A stretch of 32,000 nt of DNA, taken from positions 450,001 through 482,000 of the forward strand of contig CP002278.1 in NCBI GenBank assembly GCA_000166095.1. The letters are read 5' to 3'. Below are positions 26,156 to 32,000 of this stretch, one piece after another. A model generated the notes under the pieces. It ran no database searches. It was not told the DNA's origin and worked only from the letters and a program-made list of their open reading frames with translations. The translations under genes and the position numbers were made by a program. Position 1 is the stretch's first letter. Each line of letters begins with the position of its first letter. The stretch is from Methanothermus fervidus DSM 2088. Its GTDB lineage: Archaea; Methanobacteriota; Methanobacteria; DSM-2088; Methanothermaceae.

Positions 26156-26290
26156 GGGGACATGGTGTAGTCAGGCCATCATCTGGGACTCCAGATGATT
26201 GATGAAAGGCGCGCTTCTGACCTGTGATGAAGATCTGGAGTCCTGAGCAGGGGAGATCCCAGGACCTGGGTTCAAATCCCAGTGTCCCCA
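26156..26290 (+). tRNA. tRNA-Trp (anticodon CCA) interrupted by a 61-nt intron at the canonical 37/38 position
   Basis: GGGGACA/TGTCCCC acceptor. TGGGA-CTCCAG|intron|A-TCCCA anticodon arm. CTGGG-TTCAAAT-CCCAG T arm. A bulge-helix-bulge can be drawn in which CUCC (26189-92) pairs with GGGG (26250-53) and both 3-nt bulges read AG|A. The mature length would be 74 nt. Confidence 0.9.
26195..26255 (+). ncRNA. Box C/D guide RNA embedded in the tRNA-Trp intron
   Basis: Box C TGATGA 26200-05. Guide AAGGCGCGCTT 26206-16. D' CTGA 26217-20. C' GTGATGA 26224-30. Guide AGATCTGGAGTC 26231-42. D CTGA 26243-46. The D guide is complementary to GACTCCAGAT(C) of the tRNA's own anticodon arm. Confidence 0.85.
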
Positions 26291-26323
26291 CTTTTTCTTT
26301 ATAACTGTTTTTTGGGGTCTAAA

Positions 26324-26956
26324 TTGGACATAGAAGATATTATAATCATACCTGGCAAAGATTATGATTCAAATATTTATGTAATAGACAATACTATAAT
26401 AGATACAGGCACTGGGCACAATAAAAACTATGTTTTTTCTAAAATGAAGAAAGCTGGAGTTGACCCTGAAGATATTAAATTGATCATAAATACTCATTGT
26501 CATTATGACCATATTGGTGGAAATTCTCTTTTTTCAGCTAAAATTGCAATACATAAAAAAGATTCTGAGGCTTTAGAGAAAGGAGACAAGATGGCAACTG
26601 TTTCATATTTATTTGGAGAAAAATGCCATCCCATGAAAGTTCATAAAAAACTAAAAGATGGGAATAAAATAGCTGGTTTTAAAGTTATACATACGCCAGG
26701 TCATACGCCAGGTAGCATATGCTTATTCTCAGATGGAATATTAATTTCTGGAGACACCATCTTTGCAAATGGAGGTTTTGGAAGTTGTGATTATCCTGGA
26801 GGCAATATGGAAGATCTAATAAATTCTATAAAGAAAATTAAATCTTATGATGTTGAATATTTGCTACCTGGTCATGGAGAAATTGTTAACAATGGAAATT
26901 TCCATATAAACTTAGCATTTAATAAAATTAAAAAACTATACAATTTTTTAAAGTAA
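26324..26956 (+). CDS. Metallo-beta-lactamase-fold hydrolase (small glyoxalase-II-like type)
   Basis: HCHYDHIGG (HxHxDH), HTPGHTPG, a GDT block and a late PGHG. The GTG start at 26282 in the track lies inside tRNA-Trp. I chose the TTG at 26324, 5 nt after TGGGGT; the TTG at 26312 is an alternative. Confidence 0.82.
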   Translation: MDIEDIIIIPGKDYDSNIYVIDNTIIDTGTGHNKNYVFSKMKKAGVDPEDIKLIINTHCHYDHIGGNSLFSAKIAIHKKDSEALEKGDKMATVSYLFGEKCHPMKVHKKLKDGNKIAGFKVIHTPGHTPGSICLFSDGILISGDTIFANGGFGSCDYPGGNMEDLINSIKKIKSYDVEYLLPGHGEIVNNGNFHINLAFNKIKKLYNFLK

Positions 26957-27027
26957 GAATTTTGATTGCTAATTTATTAATAAATAATTTATAAATTGTT
27001 GGGATAAATTAATAAATGGAGATTTAA

Positions 27028-28050
27028 ATGGGGTTTAGAAAAAAAGTTCTTTCTTCTTTAGATCTTGACTTAAGTGAAGGCGCCTGTGGAATATGTCATG
27101 AAGTACTTAAAAGAATTTGTGAAAATGGTGGATTTACAAGATCTATTGAACTACCTGAAGGATGTTTTTCAGAAGTGGTAGATGACTCCGGTGAAGTAAT
27201 AGGGAAAGGCAAAGATATAACATGGGCGCCATCAATACTCAAAGCACAAATAGATGCAGAGTTGTTGCCATCAGATATTTCACACGATTTAAGTAAAGTA
27301 TTAACTTCTAAGATTGATTTAAAAAAAGTCTCAGAAATGTTTGGTTATGGTAGAGTTGTAACTCCTGCATCAATTGTAATATCAAAAATTTGGGAAAAGG
27401 GTGGATATGTAGAAATAAAAAAGGAAGGATTAGGTATTAAATCATTGTTATATGACTCTAATGATAAATTAATATCAGAAGCTGTTTCTTCTTTTTGTCC
27501 GGTTTGTGCAATAAATATTTCGGCTGCTAAAAATAAAAAAATTAGGAAAGAAATACAGGAAAAACTTAAGAACAGTGTAAACACTGGTAAAATAAAATAC
27601 CAAAGGAAAATGGTAAATATAATTGAATGGAAAAAAAGAAGAGTTTTTACAAGAATATTAGAAAAGGATAAACAAATAGGATTGAATTGGGGATGTTGTA
27701 TTGCTTATTCAACCGTTAGGGCTGAAATGGATGCTGGACTTGGCAGTAAAAAATTAAACAGACTTTTTCAGAATTATTGTGATAATTGTCCATTAAAGCA
27801 TTGCTGGCTTGGAAAACCAATAAGTGCTATTGGAAACAAAGTTTTAGAAAGAATAAAGAAAATTAATGTTAAGGAAATCGTTAAATACAAAAATTATATT
27901 ACTGTTGATCTGGTAGAGGACAATAAAATTATTGGACATGGCGTAGGAACTCTTTGTTCGTTAAGTGCATCTGCAAATGCATTATTAAGGTCTGATGCAA
28001 AAATAATTCTCAAGCCAAGTCCAGCAAAAGGTTTTCCACGTAGGGAATGA
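27028..28050 (+). CDS. Conserved-looking cysteine-rich protein of unknown function (340 aa, 12 Cys)
   Basis: ATG 7 nt after GGAG. Cys motifs are CGIC(H), CPVC, GCC, CDNCPLKHC and a single C310. There is an internal ~4-fold repeat (see findings). I cannot name a family with confidence. Confidence 0.75.
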   Translation: MGFRKKVLSSLDLDLSEGACGICHEVLKRICENGGFTRSIELPEGCFSEVVDDSGEVIGKGKDITWAPSILKAQIDAELLPSDISHDLSKVLTSKIDLKKVSEMFGYGRVVTPASIVISKIWEKGGYVEIKKEGLGIKSLLYDSNDKLISEAVSSFCPVCAINISAAKNKKIRKEIQEKLKNSVNTGKIKYQRKMVNIIEWKKRRVFTRILEKDKQIGLNWGCCIAYSTVRAEMDAGLGSKKLNRLFQNYCDNCPLKHCWLGKPISAIGNKVLERIKKINVKEIVKYKNYITVDLVEDNKIIGHGVGTLCSLSASANALLRSDAKIILKPSPAKGFPRRE

Positions 28051-28051
28051 T

Positions 28052-28864
28052 ATGAAAGACAAGCACATAATAGAAGCACTTGGAAAGACAAAAATTATTA
28101 TTAGAGACGGAAATGTTGAATATGTTGGAAAACCATTAATTAAATATTGTCCTATTTTCTATAAATATAGAGGAATTAAAAAAATTACAAGAAAAGCCAT
28201 AAAAGAAAATATTGAGTTTAGAATAAAGGATTTTGGGATGTGTACACCAAAAAGAAAGTTATATATGGAAAAATATTTATCTTATGGCACCTCAGAAATT
28301 ATATCATCACTTCTACAAGATAAAATATTAGATTGTGCAGTAATGGTCTGTGATGGTGCAGGTACAGTAATTGTCAATGATCCCATGCTTGCCCAAGGTA
28401 TAGGCGGACGAATTTCTGGTATAATATCTACAACACCAATTGAGACAATAATAAAAACTATTGGTGAAGATAACGTATTAAATAAAAAAACTGCAGAAAT
28501 AGACCAGGTAAAAGGTGTAAAAAAAGCAATTGATAAAGGTTATAAATCAATAGCAGTTACGGTAACTTCTGTAAAAGAAGCAATTGAAATAAGAAAAATT
28601 GCACCTAGAGCATGCATATTTGCAGTGCATTTAACAGGAATATCTAAAAACGATGCAGAAAAACTATTTGAAGTTGCAGATATAATTACTTCCTGTGCTT
28701 CAAAATATATCCGTAAAATAGGGGATAAAAAAGCTTTATTAAAAGTTGGGAGATCTATACCAGTTTATGCGGCAACAAAAAAAGGTAAAAAAATATTGTT
28801 GAAGTTTAAAACAGCTAAAAAGGGATCTTCTAACAGCTATGGTCAACCATATCCATTAATCTAA
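28052..28864 (+). CDS. Protein resembling the DUF2099 / 'putative methanogenesis marker 8' family (function unknown)
   Basis: The ATG is 1 nt after the upstream stop. The N-terminus H.IEA.GK..I.IR.G.V...G.P.I.YCP.F.K.RGI..IT...IKENIEFRIKDFG and the central CDGAGT match my recollection of this methanogen-restricted family. Needs HMM confirmation. Confidence 0.7.
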   Translation: MKDKHIIEALGKTKIIIRDGNVEYVGKPLIKYCPIFYKYRGIKKITRKAIKENIEFRIKDFGMCTPKRKLYMEKYLSYGTSEIISSLLQDKILDCAVMVCDGAGTVIVNDPMLAQGIGGRISGIISTTPIETIIKTIGEDNVLNKKTAEIDQVKGVKKAIDKGYKSIAVTVTSVKEAIEIRKIAPRACIFAVHLTGISKNDAEKLFEVADIITSCASKYIRKIGDKKALLKVGRSIPVYAATKKGKKILLKFKTAKKGSSNSYGQPYPLI

Positions 28865-29260
28865 ATATTTTGCTACAGCACGTATTATACAACTTTGAGT
28901 TATGAGACCAACTAATTTGTTGTCATTGATAACTACTGGAATTCTTTGATAACCAGTTTCACTCATTATTTTACTGATTTCTTTTATAGAAGTATCAACT
29001 CCAACTACAACAAGATTTTTACTCATTAAATCCTTAACACGGAGGTTTAATGCCTCCTTACCAGCTAATAGTATATCTCTATGAGTTATAAGGCCTACAA
29101 GCTTTCCATTTTTGACTACAGGTAATCCTCCTACATTAGCTCTAACCATTTTTAATTTAGCAGCTGCCACAGTATCATCTGGATTAGCTGTCAATACATC
29201 TTTAATCATTATATCCTGAGCCTTAAGGTCCTTAAGTTTCTTTTTTGTAGTAGAAATCAA
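28856..29260 (-). CDS. CBS-domain pair protein
   Basis: Two CBS repeats (DIMIKDVLT...GGLPVV.NGKLVGLITHRDIL and DLMSKNLVVV...QRIPVV.NDNKLVGLITQSCII). TTG start at 29260, 9 nt after AGGAGG. Confidence 0.88.
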   Translation of the reverse strand: MISTTKKKLKDLKAQDIMIKDVLTANPDDTVAAAKLKMVRANVGGLPVVKNGKLVGLITHRDILLAGKEALNLRVKDLMSKNLVVVGVDTSIKEISKIMSETGYQRIPVVINDNKLVGLITQSCIIRAVAKYLD

Positions 29261-29390
29261 TTTTGAGATCCTCCTAAAATAAAAAAATTTAAAAAACTTT
29301 GCTAAAAAAGATTTTCATTTGAAGTGCTAAGTGTCATGAACACTATCTATATCTATGATCTTAATCTTATAATAAGTTTAAGGTATAATC

Positions 29391-29421
29391 AAATCATGAT
29401 TTTAATGATTAAGTAATCATT
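29391..29421. promoter_or_regulatory. Candidate operator: clustered ATGATT/AATCAT palindromes between the CBS gene and thiC
   Basis: Perfect 12-nt palindrome AAATCATGATTT (29391-29402), followed by an 8-2-8 inverted repeat AATGATTA-AG-TAATCATT (29404-29421), 37-67 nt upstream of the thiC start. Confidence 0.3.
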
Positions 29422-29457
29422 TCTCATTAATTTAAAAAAATAATAAAGTTTTGAGGG

Positions 29458-30729
29458 ATGAAAGTGACATTAATGGAAGAAGCAGCAAAAGGCAACATAA
29501 CTAACATTATGGTAAAATCTGCTAAAATGGAAAATATTGAGGTAGAAAAAATTGTTAGAGGATTAGCTAGGGGTGAAATAGTCATACCACATAATGTGAA
29601 TAGGTCAGCCACGCCTTGTGCTATTGGAAAACATGCGTCAACTAAAGTAAATGCAAATGTTGGTTCATCTCCCGATCATGACGACGTTGATTTAGAAGTT
29701 AAAAAAGCCAAAATAGCTGTAAAATATGGTTCAGATACTGTAATGGATCTTAGTACGGGGAAATCTTTATCTAAAATCCGAAAAGCAATTTTAAAAAATG
29801 TTGATGTTCCTGTAGGTACAGTTCCAATTTATGAAGCTGGAGTTAAAGCAAGAAAGAAAAAAGGCGCTGTAATACATATGGATGAAGATGACATGTTAAA
29901 AGCAATTGAAACCCAAGCAAAAGATGGCGTAGATTTCATGACAATCCACTGTGGCGTAACAAAAGATATTGTAGACAAATTATCAAAATCCGAAAGGATT
30001 ATGGGCATTGTAAGTAGAGGAGGAGCATTTATAGCTGCATGGATAAAGTATAATGAGAAAGAAAATCCATTATATCAAAATTTTGAGTATATTTTAGATA
30101 TCGCATATGAATATGATGTCACTTTAAGTTTAGGAGATGGTTTAAGACCTGGATGTCTTTACGATGCTTCTGACATGCTTCAAATAAGAGAATTGATAAA
30201 TCTAGGAGAGTTAGTAGCCAAAGCCAGAGAAAAAAATGTGCAATGTATGGTTGAGGGTCCTGGACATATGCCATTAGATCAAATAGCCGCAAATGTTAAG
30301 ATCCAAAAATCTATATGCAAAAATGCTCCATTTTATGTTTTAGGTCCTATTGTAACCGATATATCACCAGGTTATGACCATATAACAGCAGCTATTGGTG
30401 GTGCCATAGCTGCAGCTGCAGGAGCTGACTTCCTTTGTTATGTAACACCTACAGAACATTTATCAATACCTGGAATAAAAGAAGTTAAAGAAGGTGTTAT
30501 AGCAGCTAAAATAGCTGCACAAGCAGCAGATGTATCTAAGGGTTTATCTAAAGCATGGAGTAAAGAATTAAAAATGTCTGAAGCAAGAAAAGATTTTAAA
30601 TGGGATGAACAATTTAAATTAGCTTTAGATCCTAAGAAAGCAAAAAAATATTATGAACCAAGTAAAGGAGCATGTTCTATGTGTGGAGAATATTGTGCAA
30701 TTAAAATTTTAAAAGATTTATTTGAATGA
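29458..30729 (+). CDS. thiC: Phosphomethylpyrimidine synthase ThiC (radical-SAM HMP-P synthase)
   Basis: Blocks VMDLSTG, GTVPIYEA, MTIHCGV, VSRGG, SLGDGLRPG and VEGPGH, plus the C-terminal Fe-S motif CSMCGEYCA (CX2CX4C). The start is ambiguous (ATG 29458, GTG 29464 or ATG 29473). Confidence 0.95.
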   Translation: MKVTLMEEAAKGNITNIMVKSAKMENIEVEKIVRGLARGEIVIPHNVNRSATPCAIGKHASTKVNANVGSSPDHDDVDLEVKKAKIAVKYGSDTVMDLSTGKSLSKIRKAILKNVDVPVGTVPIYEAGVKARKKKGAVIHMDEDDMLKAIETQAKDGVDFMTIHCGVTKDIVDKLSKSERIMGIVSRGGAFIAAWIKYNEKENPLYQNFEYILDIAYEYDVTLSLGDGLRPGCLYDASDMLQIRELINLGELVAKAREKNVQCMVEGPGHMPLDQIAANVKIQKSICKNAPFYVLGPIVTDISPGYDHITAAIGGAIAAAAGADFLCYVTPTEHLSIPGIKEVKEGVIAAKIAAQAADVSKGLSKAWSKELKMSEARKDFKWDEQFKLALDPKKAKKYYEPSKGACSMCGEYCAIKILKDLFE

Positions 30730-30741
30730 GAGGATGATAAG

Positions 30742-32000
30742 TTGAAATATATAAAACTTGTGGAATTGTATGAAAAATTAGAATCAACAACAAAAAAGTT
30801 AAAAAAAATAGATTTGCTTTCTAAATTTTTATCAGAAGTAGATAAAGAGTTGCTTCCAGCTGTAGTTTTAATGACATTAGGCACTGTTTTTCCTGGATGG
30901 AGTGAAAAAGAATTAGGTGTAGGATTTAAATTACTTGTAAAGGCGATGTCAATTGTTTCTGGAATATCTGCTAACAAAATAGAAGAAAAAATTGCTGAAG
31001 AAGGCGATGTAGGGCTAGCAGCAGAAAAATTGTTCAAAAAAAGAAGACAAGTCACCTTTATTACACAACCACTTACAGTTGAGAAAGTCTATACAAATTT
31101 AAAAAAAGTTGCAGACATAACAGGAGAAGGTGCACAAACACGTAAAATAAATCTTATAACAGATATTCTTTCTTTGGCAAAACCAAAGGAGGCCAAATAT
31201 TTAACAAGAATGATATTAGAAGAGTTGAGGGTAGGTGTAGGCGAAGGAATAATGAGGGATGCAATTGCTAAAGCATTTAAAGTAGATCCAAAGATTGTAG
31301 AACGAGCTCATATGTTAACAAATGATTTAGGTTTAGTTGCAAAAGTTGCATGTGAAAAAGGAGTCGAAGGCTTAAAACAACTTTCATTGAAGCCCGGCAG
31401 GCCTGTTAAACCTATGTTAGCACAAACAGCGCCAAGCATTAAAAAAGCCATAGAAGAAATGGGGAAAGCCTTTTGTGAAACTAAATATGATGGAATAAGA
31501 GTCCAAATCCATAGAAAAAATTCAGAAATAGTTGTTTTTACACGTAGACTTGAAAATATAACTAATGCAGTTCCAGATATAGTTGATGCTGTGGAAAAAG
31601 CATTGCCAAAAAAGGATTTCATCGTTGAAGGAGAAATAATAGGAGTTAAAAATGGTAGGCCAATTCCTTTCCAGTATTTATTACACAGAATTAGACGTAA
31701 ATATGAAATTGAAAAGGCTATAAAAGAAATTCCTTTTACATTGTTCCTTTTCGATGTTTTATATTTTGAAAATCCATTAATAGATGAAAAATTCGAAAAT
31801 AGAAGAAAAATATTAGAATCTATAACAAAAACTAAGGAAGGAAAGGTTGAACTTAGTCGAAAAGTAGAAGTAACTTGTGAAAATATAGATGATGCAGAAA
31901 AATTGTTTAAGGAATCAATAGAAGCTGGTCATGAAGGAATAATGATAAAAGATCCGAATGCTCCATATATTCCAGGAATACGTGGAAAAAAAATGTTAAA
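30742..32000 (+). CDS. lig: ATP-dependent DNA ligase (partial; C-terminus beyond the window)
   Basis: TTG start 7 nt after AGAGGA. The frame is open to the window end and is not in the track because no stop is reached. Motif I ETKYDGIRVQIH (adenylated Lys), motif III FIVEGEII, FLFDVLY and motif IV EGIMIK. Confidence 0.93.
   Translation, partial: MKYIKLVELYEKLESTTKKLKKIDLLSKFLSEVDKELLPAVVLMTLGTVFPGWSEKELGVGFKLLVKAMSIVSGISANKIEEKIAEEGDVGLAAEKLFKKRRQVTFITQPLTVEKVYTNLKKVADITGEGAQTRKINLITDILSLAKPKEAKYLTRMILEELRVGVGEGIMRDAIAKAFKVDPKIVERAHMLTNDLGLVAKVACEKGVEGLKQLSLKPGRPVKPMLAQTAPSIKKAIEEMGKAFCETKYDGIRVQIHRKNSEIVVFTRRLENITNAVPDIVDAVEKALPKKDFIVEGEIIGVKNGRPIPFQYLLHRIRRKYEIEKAIKEIPFTLFLFDVLYFENPLIDEKFENRRKILESITKTKEGKVELSRKVEVTCENIDDAEKLFKESIEAGHEGIMIKDPNAPYIPGIRGKKML

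Noticed and set aside
26037-26291. 84-aa minus-strand ORF
   Set aside because: It lies entirely over tRNA-Cys and tRNA-Trp, so it is an artefact of the GC-richer tRNA sequence lacking stops.
29261-29457. Possible TPP (THI-box) riboswitch in the thiC leader
   Set aside because: No CUGAGA or ACCUGAUCUGGAUAAUGCCAGCG-like core, and no P1-P5 helices could be drawn. The leader is almost pure A/T apart from the palindromes reported separately.
30651-31622. Minus-strand ORFs 30651..31055 and 31308..31622
   Set aside because: They are antisense to the DNA ligase reading frame, which carries unmistakable ligase motifs (KYDGIR, EGEII, EGIMIK). They are shadow ORFs.
1-32000. Search for CRISPR arrays, IS elements or transposases, integrases, prophage or defence islands, rRNA genes, inteins and in-frame TGA (selenocysteine) genes
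   Set aside because: I saw no regularly spaced 25-40 nt repeats, no terminal inverted repeats flanking an ORF, and no recombinase-like protein. RtcB, the ligase and the ATPases are of uninterrupted length. All genes close on ordinary stops without a need for recoding.

Overview
AT-rich, very gene-dense chromosomal segment that looks like a hydrogenotrophic methanogenic euryarchaeon, probably Methanococcales-like. Supporting signs are an archaeal TyrRS that closely resembles the M. jannaschii enzyme as I remember it, an Hmd paralogue, a methanogen-type YcaO, and GGTGAT/GGAGG Shine-Dalgarno sites. I call 36 protein-coding genes (2 partial at the window edges), 4 tRNAs in two clusters and 2 box C/D guide RNAs. 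The tRNAs are Leu-UAA and Thr-GGU on the minus strand, and Cys-GCA and an intron-containing Trp-CCA on the plus strand. One C/D RNA is free-standing just upstream of the NMD3 gene and was not in the ORF track; the other sits inside the tRNA-Trp intron. Most genes are housekeeping: translation and RNA processing (NMD3, tyrS, rlmE, truD, archease-rtcB), feoAB, thiC, ATP-dependent DNA ligase, MTAP, an ABC-2 exporter, and an ATPase/platform pair of the type IV pilus/archaellum class. I saw no CRISPR array, transposase, integrase or obvious defence island. The best candidates for undescribed biology are three. (1) A six-gene minus-strand operon (9063-14134) with gaps of 9 nt or less, in which YcaO is translationally coupled to a LarE-like PP-loop protein carrying a three-Cys motif and follows a mini site-2 protease, an HTH-PhoU fusion and an unknown membrane protein. 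(2) A translationally coupled pair (27028-28864): a 12-Cys protein with an internal ~4-fold repeat plus a protein that resembles DUF2099 ('methanogenesis marker 8'). (3) An orphan D' guide in the tRNA-Trp intron C/D RNA. Every functional call comes from motif reading and memory of protein families; no database search was run.
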